34,148 nt of DNA, taken from the IMG/VR virus record IMGVR_UViG_3300037467_001799, positions 1-34,148 of that record; one strand, 5' to 3'. Each line of letters begins with the position of its first letter. The first letter of the stretch is position 1. Shown here piece after piece: positions 8,527 to 15,864 of the stretch. The notes below the pieces were generated by a model. It worked only from the letters and a program-made list of their open reading frames with translations, had not been told where the DNA came from and searched no databases. The position numbers and the translations under genes were made by a program. Source of the DNA: a virus. Lineage: Duplodnaviria; Caudoviricetes.

Positions 8527-8852
8527 CAGTCCATCTGGTAGTAGCAGGTCACCGGCCAGCCAGAGCGCCCCAACGACTCGCGCAGGGCCTGGTTCGCGGC
8601 ATGGCGCCGGTTCGCTTGGCCGCTGCCGGGCGGCTGCACCATGACCCCGCGCCCGATCCAGCGGGTCGCGGAGGCGCTCAGGCCGGCTGCCGCGAATGCG
8701 CGCACGATCGGCTCGGCACGCTGCCCTTTGGCGAGAGAGAAGAACGTCGCGTCCAGGTTGCAGGAGCCGTTGTCGACGGTGACGGCGTCTGCGGCCTCGG
8801 CCAGCAGGCGCGCCAGCTTGGCGTCCGTGGTGAGCTTGTCGACGTCTACCAA
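8526..8852 (-). CDS. hypothetical protein
   Basis: GGAGG RBS before TTG; TGATG overlap with initiator. Confidence 0.75.
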   Translation of the reverse strand: MVDVDKLTTDAKLARLLAEAADAVTVDNGSCNLDATFFSLAKGQRAEPIVRAFAAAGLSASATRWIGRGVMVQPPGSGQANRRHAANQALRESLGRSGWPVTCYYQMD

Positions 8853-9091
8853 AACAGGCCCTCCACCGCGCAGACCCAGCCCGCGTGCTTCGGCGATCCG
8901 TGGCGCCAGGTCCAGTAGATGAATCGGGCGACGAAGCGAGCTCGACGCGTGACGGTGCTCACACGGCTTGTCGGCGCCGGCTTACAAAATTCGCCATCCC
9001 CCTGCCCTTCAATCAACGTGGGGGACTTTTGATCTAATCCGTTCGGCTGAACCGAAGGCTGAGCCTCGATGTGTTGGGCGGCTGGGGTCAT
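8846..9091 (-). CDS. hypothetical protein
   Basis: Fills the gap with ATGA overlap; atypical codon usage. Confidence 0.5.
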   Translation of the reverse strand: MTPAAQHIEAQPSVQPNGLDQKSPTLIEGQGDGEFCKPAPTSRVSTVTRRARFVARFIYWTWRHGSPKHAGWVCAVEGLFW

Positions 9092-9501
9092 TGCTGGCCC
9101 TGCCGCGGCAGATCGTCGAGGGAGTAGACCTTCAGGCGAAGCGGCGGCGCATACAGCGTCTCGACCTCTTCGTCAGTGACGCCGTCGTCCTTCCAGGGCT
9201 CCAGACAGTCGTCGACGATGCCGGCAACGCCCACGCAGTCACCCGCCTCGTAGGGCACGCCCTCCCACACGAACGCCCTGCAGGCGATGAAGTGCTGCGC
9301 CGGCTCGATGATCCATTTGCCGCTGCCGGAGAGCATCACCGTCTTGACCGCACGGTTGTTCAGCTGCGAGGAGCCGATGCCGTCACGATCAGCGATGCCT
9401 TTGATCCAGGCCATCCCGCCAGCGCGGTTCCGCAGCACTGGCGGCGCCGGCTGTTCCGGTTCCGGCTTGCGGCCGAAGAAGAAGTCCAGCAGGCTGCGCA
9501 T
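9088..9501 (-). CDS. hypothetical protein
   Basis: MRSLLDFFFG; GGGAG RBS and TGATG overlap. Confidence 0.75.
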   Translation of the reverse strand: MRSLLDFFFGRKPEPEQPAPPVLRNRAGGMAWIKGIADRDGIGSSQLNNRAVKTVMLSGSGKWIIEPAQHFIACRAFVWEGVPYEAGDCVGVAGIVDDCLEPWKDDGVTDEEVETLYAPPLRLKVYSLDDLPRQGQQ

Positions 9502-9692
9502 CAGGCGCTCCCTTCGGATTCCGGGCAGGCACGCAGCTGCAGCAGCCTGGCGTAGCAGACCTCCCAACGGCGGTACTCGGGAGTGCCCTCCGGGTGCGGG
9601 TTGATCTTGGGCTCGCCGGTTTCCACGGCGCGCTTCGCGGCCAGGTCGGCTTGCTCGACAATCGTGATGGTTCTGATCGAGAGGTCGCTCAA
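9501..9692 (-). CDS. hypothetical protein
   Basis: AAGGAG RBS before TTG; NPHPEGT motif. Confidence 0.7.
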   Translation of the reverse strand: MSDLSIRTITIVEQADLAAKRAVETGEPKINPHPEGTPEYRRWEVCYARLLQLRACPESEGSA

Positions 9693-9886
9693 GTTGTTCT
9701 CCTTCTTGGCATCTCGTAGACCTTGGCCGGCAGCCGGCCGGTCTTCCTGCGGACGCGGCTCGCAAGCCCTTCCTTCGCCATCTGTTCGATGGCCTCATCG
9801 AACGTGATCCCACGCTGGTCCGCGACCCGTTGCACGGCCTCTCGCTCGTGCTCGCTCAGTGCCGTCTGCTGCTCGTCCGATCCCAC
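9689..9886 (-). CDS. small putative DNA-binding protein
   Basis: GTG start with AGGGG RBS; LSEHEREAVQRVADQRGITFDEA is RHH-like. Confidence 0.6.
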   Translation of the reverse strand: MGSDEQQTALSEHEREAVQRVADQRGITFDEAIEQMAKEGLASRVRRKTGRLPAKVYEMPRRRTT

Positions 9887-9935
9887 GTTTTCAGTCCCCT
9901 TGTTGGACCCGATAGAGGGCCCTTTGTGGTGCCCT

Positions 9936-10160
9936 TTAGGCAGCGAACAGCGCCCCTTGCGAGCCTCGCGTTCCGCCGCCGGCCGAAGCAGACTGCTCGG
10001 CATGCAGAACATCCATCGCGCGATCCAGAATCAGGCTGCGGATGAAGGCCGCCTTCTCCTCGCCCGTGTAGGTGACGAGGGCGTCGACCAGGGCGGCCTC
10101 GCGGTCGTTGAAGCGCAGCTTCACCGTGTGCTTGCGGATCAGGGTGGGGTCGGAGTACAT
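9936..10160 (-). CDS. RHH-like regulator in the cII position
   Basis: RKHTVKLRFNDRE strand followed by two helices; AAGGAG RBS; downstream of cro. Confidence 0.65.
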   Translation of the reverse strand: MYSDPTLIRKHTVKLRFNDREAALVDALVTYTGEEKAAFIRSLILDRAMDVLHAEQSASAGGGTRGSQGALFAA

Positions 10161-10172
10161 GTGGGTGCTCCT

Positions 10173-10289
10173 TCAGATGGACTGGAAAACGGCGACACGA
10201 GCGCGCTGTTCGCACTCGTCATGGCCCAGCGCGCGCAGCAGTGCCGCCTGCCGGCTGAGGTTGCAATTCAGGATGAGGCTGCTATCCAT
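10173..10289 (-). CDS. 38-aa hypothetical protein
   Basis: Manual translation MDSSLILNCNLSRQAALLRALGHDECEQRARVAVFQSI fills the cro-cII gap. Confidence 0.45.
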   Translation of the reverse strand: MDSSLILNCNLSRQAALLRALGHDECEQRARVAVFQSI

Positions 10290-10300
10290 GGCGTCCGGCC

Positions 10301-10501
10301 TCAGCCTCGTGCGCGAGACACCAGCGCGGCCCTTACCGCCTTCAAGGTCTCGACGCCCGGATTCGGGATGTGCCCGTTGACGAACTTGGAGAGCCAGGAA
10401 TGACTCACCTGCGCGCGCGTGGCGATGGATTGCCAGTCCCCGCGGCGGCTTTCGAGGGCCGCCTTGATGGACAGGATTTCTCGGTCGATGGCGGAAGACA
10501 T
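10301..10501 (-). CDS. cro: Cro-like HTH repressor
   Basis: 66 aa XRE HTH (IATRAQVSHSWLSKFVNGHIPNPGVETL), divergent from cI. Confidence 0.85.
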   Translation of the reverse strand: MSSAIDREILSIKAALESRRGDWQSIATRAQVSHSWLSKFVNGHIPNPGVETLKAVRAALVSRARG

Positions 10502-10507
10502 GCCGGC

Positions 10508-10537
10508 ATAGTAATACATTCCACGCCGAGTCCGCAA
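10508..10537 (-). promoter_or_regulatory. PR-like promoter, leaderless cro transcript
   Basis: TTGCGG-N18-TACTAT then 6 nt to ATG. Confidence 0.65.
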
Positions 10538-10545
10538 CATTTTCC
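10511..10545. promoter_or_regulatory. OR-like operators GTAATACATTCC (10511-10522) and GCAACATTTTCC (10534-10545)
   Basis: Same GYAA-N4-TTCC motif recurs at the PL-like promoter. Confidence 0.65.
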
Positions 10546-10570
10546 TAGACGGATGGGGCACCCTCCGTCG

Positions 10571-11023
10571 GTGCCAGTAAAGAACGATCAGATCAACGTC
10601 TGGGTTGCCCAGAACATCCGGCAGCTCATGGACGAGCACGGATACAAGCAGGCGTCACTCGCCCAAAAGGCTGGTGTGTCGCAGAAAACCGTCAGCAACT
10701 TCCTGCAGCCTGCCCAGCGCAACGAGAGCGCGTCGGGCCGCGCCCCCTCGGGCACGCTGACCAATCTGGCGAAGATCGCGAACGCGCTGGAGGTGCCGGC
10801 CTGGCAGCTCACGCGCCCGACGAGCGCGGCCGAGCGGGAGCTCTACACTCGGATCGAAGCCGCCTATCGCGCACTCGTCGGCCCAGAAGATGCGGTCGAG
10901 AAATCGGCCTCCGCCCAGCCGGTGCTTGAGCCCACCGAGCAGCAGCGGCGCCTTGCGGATACCAAGAGGCTCGCGGATCTGTCGGCTGGACGCCAGTCGA
11001 GCAACTCAGGCAAACATTCGTAA
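10571..11023 (+). CDS. cI: CI-like XRE repressor without S24 peptidase domain (start may be ATG 10553)
   Basis: NIRQLMDEHGYKQASLAQKAGVSQKTVSNFL...LAKIANALEVPAWQL. Confidence 0.82.
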   Translation: MPVKNDQINVWVAQNIRQLMDEHGYKQASLAQKAGVSQKTVSNFLQPAQRNESASGRAPSGTLTNLAKIANALEVPAWQLTRPTSAAERELYTRIEAAYRALVGPEDAVEKSASAQPVLEPTEQQRRLADTKRLADLSAGRQSSNSGKHS

Positions 11024-11170
11024 AGTTCTCCTAGCGCCGTAATAGATCACGGCCGCGCATGCTCATCTATAGCCTAGGCAAACTCCACGCAAACATAAGT
11101 GTGCTCTTGCGTAACCTGACCGTTTGCTGAGAATGGGCTTCCCAAGAACGGGATTGAAGGGACGGCAGCA

Positions 11171-11446
11171 GTGGTAGCCAACGTGAGGAGCATCGATGAG
11201 TTCCGCGCTAGCGACTCGGAGGCGGTACTGTTGTGTGCACTAGAGACCGTGCGCACGGAGGGGGCTGACGGCCTAGTGCTGTGCCTGCGGCCGCGCAGGG
11301 GCCAGCCCGTGCGAACCTGGGTGACAGGCGAATACTCGCGCGATCCCGAGAAGGCCATGGGCCTGCTCTCGCGTGTGTGGGCACAGCTGGCGAAGGAGGA
11401 GTCCGCGCTACCACCCTTCATGACCAGCCGTTCCGGCAAGCTGTGA
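11171..11446 (+). CDS. hypothetical protein in the immunity region
   Basis: AAGGGA RBS before GTG; followed by terminator. Confidence 0.7.
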   Translation: MVANVRSIDEFRASDSEAVLLCALETVRTEGADGLVLCLRPRRGQPVRTWVTGEYSRDPEKAMGLLSRVWAQLAKEESALPPFMTSRSGKL

Positions 11447-11483
11447 AGACGACCTCAAACTAAAGCACTCCAGGCCAAGCAGG

Positions 11484-11505
11484 CCCGCCACCCGGCGGGT
11501 TTTTT
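11484..11505 (+). terminator. intrinsic terminator
   Basis: CCCGCC-accc-GGCGGG-TTTTTT. Confidence 0.88.
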
Positions 11506-11525
11506 GTCGTCCGCGCGACCGTCAA

Positions 11526-11592
11526 GCATTCTTTTACTTGACGCCTTCTGGGGTGGCGAGTAAAGTGTTCCTACGTCGGAGCAAATCATTCT
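11526..11592 (+). promoter_or_regulatory. PL-like promoter with three operators
   Basis: TTGACG(11538)-N17-TAAAGT(11561); motif copies at 11526-11537, 11560-11571, 11581-11592. Confidence 0.8.
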
Positions 11593-11610
11593 CCGGCGAA
11601 GGAGCCGGAG

Positions 11611-11850
11611 ATGACTGCATCGCATCCGAACTCGCCTGACGGCGGCCCCCTCTTTCCAACGCTGCTGCATCGCGGCGTCACTCTGCGCGACGCGTATGCC
11701 GCAGTCGCGCTGCACGGCATCCTCACCGGCCCGTACGAGCACCTGAGCGCAATCGCCAAGGCTGCGGACTCCCCCAGCGAAGCGTTCGCCGCCGTCTCCA
11801 ACGAGATCGCCGACGCGATGCTCAAGGCGCGTGCTGGGAGCCAGCCGTGA
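11611..11850 (+). CDS. hypothetical phage protein (GMTLRD...ADAML family)
   Basis: GVTLRDAYAAVALHGIL...IADAMLKAR; AAGGAG RBS. Confidence 0.85.
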   Translation: MTASHPNSPDGGPLFPTLLHRGVTLRDAYAAVALHGILTGPYEHLSAIAKAADSPSEAFAAVSNEIADAMLKARAGSQP

Positions 11851-12110
11851 GCACGACCGACTTCCAATCCCGCTACGTGGCCTACGCCAAGGCCCACGGC
11901 AAGGCTCCCGCGGAGATGCTGGCCGCCGACAAGGAGGCCCTGCCGGGCGGCTGCATGGCCCGCTTCATGGTCTGGATCGGTGAGCGCTGGACCGAGTGGT
12001 GCCGCGAGTTCAAGCGGGACCGCTACATGCTCAGCGAGCAGGACCACGCGGACTTCGATGCTTGGCTGAAGGCGTACGAGATGTCGCGGCGCCAGCTGGA
12101 GGTGCTATGA
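11847..12110 (+). CDS. hypothetical protein
   Basis: GTGA and ATGA overlaps. Confidence 0.8.
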   Translation: MSTTDFQSRYVAYAKAHGKAPAEMLAADKEALPGGCMARFMVWIGERWTEWCREFKRDRYMLSEQDHADFDAWLKAYEMSRRQLEVL

Positions 12111-12655
12111 GCGCCGCCGTCCAACAAGCCGAAGCCGCCCGCCCCTCCCCGATGGTGGTTGCTGCTGCGCGCGAGATGTGCCGCCAGCAGGCCGACGAAT
12201 GCGGCATCGACAAGGACGACCTCTGGAAGCTGTACGGGGAAGAGTTCCTGGCGTGCGCGGAGCTGATGCTGAAGACGGCCGGCGTGCCGGCGTTGCTGGA
12301 GGCATTGGCAGAGGTCGTCTCGTCCGATCTGGAGATGAGCGAGCGCGGGAAGTCCGCACTTATTGCGCGGTGCCGGGCGCTGATCGCCGAGGCCGGCGGC
12401 GCCGGCAAGGGCACGCCGCCGCGCTTCCAGTGGTGTTGCGAGAAGGGCTGCGGCCCGTGCGACGTGAAGCGCATCGAGTACGAGTACAGCCGCACCGAGG
12501 ACTCGGCTGGCAACCTGCTGGAGAGCAAGACCATCCCGCGCCTCGTGAGCAAGTGCTGCGGTGCCGGCCTGTCCATGTGGGACAACGAGAAGGACGAACA
12601 GATCGATGTCGCCACAGAGCCAATGCTGCTTCCCTTCACTGGGAGCGCTTCATGA
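12107..12655 (+). CDS. hypothetical two-module protein, Cys-rich C-terminal half
   Basis: GGAGG RBS; PALLEAL...RALIAEA module then CCEKGCGPC...KCCG. Confidence 0.75.
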   Translation: MSAAVQQAEAARPSPMVVAAAREMCRQQADECGIDKDDLWKLYGEEFLACAELMLKTAGVPALLEALAEVVSSDLEMSERGKSALIARCRALIAEAGGAGKGTPPRFQWCCEKGCGPCDVKRIEYEYSRTEDSAGNLLESKTIPRLVSKCCGAGLSMWDNEKDEQIDVATEPMLLPFTGSAS

Positions 12656-12918
12656 ACGCACTGTCTCTCACCTTCATTGCGCTCGGCGCCCTGTTCATTG
12701 CCAGGAACAGCCTCGTCTTTCGCATTCGGCGGCGGCGCCTCGACGCAATCTACGCGCACTACATGGCCGAGATCGACGCCGGCAATCTCAGCGACCCCGC
12801 GCGGATAACTGCCGCCTATGACGAATTCGACGCGCCCAGCTACGAAGCGATGCTGCTGGATCTCCGTCGCTGGACCTATCGGCAGTTCTATGCCACTGAA
12901 CCGGGGAGCCAGCCGTGA
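12652..12918 (+). CDS. membrane-anchored hypothetical protein
   Basis: N-terminal hydrophobic helix then RIRRRR. Confidence 0.75.
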   Translation: MNALSLTFIALGALFIARNSLVFRIRRRRLDAIYAHYMAEIDAGNLSDPARITAAYDEFDAPSYEAMLLDLRRWTYRQFYATEPGSQP

Positions 12919-13253
12919 GCTACCGCCTTGATTCCCTCCTCGACGCCGCCCGCCGCCGCGACTGCGAGTTGAACGACGCGGCGCGACTCCAGCAGGAGAT
13001 GGACATGAGGCGCCGTACGCGTAGCGCCTCGCGCGCTTTCGTGGAGATGCAGGCGCGCCAGCAGCAGCCGGCCGCCAGCGAGTTTCACATCACGGTTGTC
13101 CGCTTCGGCCAGCCCGACGTCAGCTACTGCGAGCAGCACGCGGACCGCCTGGACGCGTTCTTCGCCGCCCGCGACAGGTTCGGCCCCGGCGCCGTGATCG
13201 ACGTCAACGTGGCCAGCTGGTCTGACCTTTCCATGATGGGAGCAGCGCAATGA
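12915..13253 (+). CDS. hypothetical protein
   Basis: Overlaps at both ends. Confidence 0.75.
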   Translation: MSYRLDSLLDAARRRDCELNDAARLQQEMDMRRRTRSASRAFVEMQARQQQPAASEFHITVVRFGQPDVSYCEQHADRLDAFFAARDRFGPGAVIDVNVASWSDLSMMGAAQ

Positions 13254-13567
13254 CCGACTACACCGTCACTGTCCGCTGGCTGCCGACGTTTCCCGTCTGG
13301 CAGACACATTCCGACTCTGGCAGCTGGATGTACATCGTCCAGGCAATCGAGCAGGTCGATGGACTGCCTGTCGAGCACTTCGTGGAGGCCGGCATGTGCT
13401 GCACGACTCCCGACGAGGCGAGGGAGCGCGGCAACAAGGTGGCGGCGCAGCACCGCGCCATGCAGCAAGCCGCAGCCGCGCGCCGCATCGAAGAGGCCGA
13501 CTTCCGCGCCCTCACCCTCCAGGTGGGCGCCAACCGGCGCGATCCGCATTGTGCGGGGGTGTACTGA
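13250..13567 (+). CDS. hypothetical protein
   Basis: GGGAG RBS, ATGA overlap. Confidence 0.75.
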   Translation: MTDYTVTVRWLPTFPVWQTHSDSGSWMYIVQAIEQVDGLPVEHFVEAGMCCTTPDEARERGNKVAAQHRAMQQAAAARRIEEADFRALTLQVGANRRDPHCAGVY

Positions 13568-13568
13568 C

Positions 13569-14456
13569 ATGCGGTACTTCGACGCTGACGAGGCCGCGAG
13601 CCTGAATGCCGAGCCATGGATGCTCGCCTTGCTCGCGCACAACCCTGAGTATCTCGGCTGGGGTCCGCACGAGGACTACATGTGGAAGGAGAAGGAAAGC
13701 TGGGACTCGCGCCAGATCTTCCCAACCTGGGCCGAGTTTGGGCCGTGGAAGTTGGACGAGCTGAACGAGTGCGTCAACTTCTACTTTTCCGTCCATCGGG
13801 CCAGCGAGGACTGCAAGACCTGCGGCGGAAGCGGCACCCACCCGGACGCCCAGTGGGTGTCCGAGTCGTTCTACAGCCACTCGTCCCCCTTCAAGCGCCA
13901 GACCATGCGGGAGATGGAGACCGAGGCGCTGATGCGCAGCTTCGGCAGCGAACCGAAGCGCGCGCTTGGCTTCGGCGGCTACCCGACAGAGGAGACGCTC
14001 GGAAAGTACGGCCCGGCGTTCCGCGCCTTCTGCGAGCAGATGCGAACGCGCGGTCACTGGCACGACGACATCACCGAGGACGAGGCCGAGGCCCTGATCG
14101 CCGAGCGCCGCAAGGAGCCCGGAATGACCGCCTCAGACATCAACGCTCAGGAGCGTCGCGGAGGCTTTTGCGGTCACGACTGCATCAACCGCTGGATCCT
14201 GATCAAGCGCCGCTGCGAGCGCCTCGGTGTGCCGGTGCATTGCCCGGCCTGCGAGGGCCACGGCTACATCCACACGGAGCCCGGCGCGCACGTGTCGCTG
14301 ACGCTGTGGTGGCTGCATCCGCGAAAGGGCTGCTCGCGCGGCATTGAGGTCGAGCGCCTCCAGCAATCGGAACTGCCGGCCGTGTTCGACTTCCTGCGCG
14401 AGGCGGCCGAGCGCAATGCGCAGCGGTTCAGCAAGCTGCCTGGAGCCGCCGTATGA
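13569..14456 (+). CDS. protein with split DnaJ-type zinc finger
   Basis: CKTCGGSG and CPACEGHG motifs; no J-domain. Confidence 0.8.
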   Translation: MRYFDADEAASLNAEPWMLALLAHNPEYLGWGPHEDYMWKEKESWDSRQIFPTWAEFGPWKLDELNECVNFYFSVHRASEDCKTCGGSGTHPDAQWVSESFYSHSSPFKRQTMREMETEALMRSFGSEPKRALGFGGYPTEETLGKYGPAFRAFCEQMRTRGHWHDDITEDEAEALIAERRKEPGMTASDINAQERRGGFCGHDCINRWILIKRRCERLGVPVHCPACEGHGYIHTEPGAHVSLTLWWLHPRKGCSRGIEVERLQQSELPAVFDFLREAAERNAQRFSKLPGAAV

Positions 14457-14623
14457 CGGGACTCGGACCGATCTACCAACTCCTTCGCCGAGCAGCAGAG
14501 CGCCTGGAGAGAAAGCGCCTTCGCTTGAAGAGCCGCTGCATCTGCCCGCTGGCGCCATCGGACATGCACATGCCGATCGCCATCAGGCTCGCCGACATCG
14601 AGAAGAGTAGGAGGAACCGCTGA
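14453..14623 (+). CDS. 56-aa basic protein
   Basis: Manual translation MTGLGPIYQLLRRAAERLERKR...; ATGA and TGATG overlaps. Confidence 0.6.
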   Translation: MTGLGPIYQLLRRAAERLERKRLRLKSRCICPLAPSDMHMPIAIRLADIEKSRRNR

Positions 14624-14859
14624 TGCGATTCCCCGAATCCTCCGACCAGAAGTTCGACGAGTTCGTCGAGCGCCACCGCAAGGCCAACCCGCCGCGGCAT
14701 CCGATCCCGCCCCAGCCCACCTGGGCCGCCCCGCCCTGGCAGGAGTCCGAGGAGAACCGCACGCCCGAAGTCGAGCGCATCGCCATGGCATGCGTCGAGT
14801 TCACCGTCGCCATCGTCGCCGCAACGTGCGCGGCTGCCGCCATCGCTTCCATGTTCTGA
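14623..14859 (+). CDS. protein with C-terminal TM anchor
   Basis: GGAGGA RBS; hydrophobic C-terminus. Confidence 0.7.
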   Translation: MRFPESSDQKFDEFVERHRKANPPRHPIPPQPTWAAPPWQESEENRTPEVERIAMACVEFTVAIVAATCAAAAIASMF

Positions 14860-14869
14860 AAGGTACAAC

Positions 14870-15853
14870 GTGACCAAGAACCTTCCCGCCAACATCCCCA
14901 GCGCCGTGGCCGTGCTCACGAGCAAGCTGGCCGCCCGCTTCGAGATGGGCGACGTCGACACCACCGAGCTGGTCAACACCCTCAAGCAGACGGCATTCAA
15001 GGGCCAGAACGGCGAGCCGCCCACCGATGCTCAGATGACGGCACTGCTGATCGTCGCCGACCAGTACGGCCTGAACCCGTGGCTCAAGGAGATCCACGCC
15101 TTCCCGGCCAAGGGCGGCGGCATCGTCCCCATCGTCGGTGTCGACGGCTGGTCGAACATCATCAACAACCACCCGCAGATGGACGGGATGGAGTTCGAGA
15201 TCAACTGGGACAAGGGCGATGAGCACATCACCTGCGTCATCTGGCGTAAGGATCGCAATCGCCCGATCAAGGTCACTGAGTACCTGGAGGAGTGCATCCG
15301 CGGCACCGAGCCGTGGAAGATGCGCCGCCGCATGCTGCGCCACAAGGCGATGATCCAGTGCGGCCGCGTGGCCTTCGGCTACGGGGGTCTCCACGACCCC
15401 GACGAGGCCCAGGACATCCTCAACAACGAGAAGTTCATGGGCGCGGCCGAAGTGGTCGCCCCCGGCCAGCAGCCACAGCCGGCGGCGTCCGCCGGCATCG
15501 CCAGCGAGATCGTCATGGAAGCATGGCCCGACGACAAGCTGCAGGCCCGCTTCGACGGCTGGCGCGAAGCCATCGCCAAGGGCAAGACGCCCGACGACAT
15601 CATCAACTGGGCCCAGTCCAAGGGCACGCTGACCGATGCGCAGAAGGAGAAGATCCGCGCGCTCGCCAAGCCGGCCGGCAGCGATCCCGCAGTTCCCGCC
15701 GTCACCTACGCGGTGCTGGCCACCAGCCTGGAGAAGGCCACCACGCCCGAGGAACTGGGCGAAGCCGGCGACCTGATCCAGCACATCCCCGACGCCCAGC
15801 AGCGCGCCGAGCTGCAGACCATCTACGACCGCCGCGAGGCCGAGCTCGCCTGA
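14870..15853 (+). CDS. bet: single-strand annealing recombinase (Bet/RecT family)
   Basis: TLKQTAFKG, QYGLNPWLKEIHAFP, PIVGVDGW, RMLRHKAMIQCGRVAFG. Confidence 0.93.
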   Translation: MTKNLPANIPSAVAVLTSKLAARFEMGDVDTTELVNTLKQTAFKGQNGEPPTDAQMTALLIVADQYGLNPWLKEIHAFPAKGGGIVPIVGVDGWSNIINNHPQMDGMEFEINWDKGDEHITCVIWRKDRNRPIKVTEYLEECIRGTEPWKMRRRMLRHKAMIQCGRVAFGYGGLHDPDEAQDILNNEKFMGAAEVVAPGQQPQPAASAGIASEIVMEAWPDDKLQARFDGWREAIAKGKTPDDIINWAQSKGTLTDAQKEKIRALAKPAGSDPAVPAVTYAVLATSLEKATTPEELGEAGDLIQHIPDAQQRAELQTIYDRREAELA

Positions 15854-15864
15854 AGGAACCAGCC

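Larger units (their letters stand above)
11836..12920. repeat. 17-bp direct repeat GGGAGCCAGCCGTGAGC at 11836-11852 and 12904-12920
   Basis: Identical copies; each is an RBS plus GTGA junction. Confidence 0.85.

Noticed and set aside
9040-9070. TTCGG-CTGAA-CCGAA hairpin as a C4-like antisense RNA
   Set aside because: Lacks the C4 conserved sequence and lies inside a plausible ORF.
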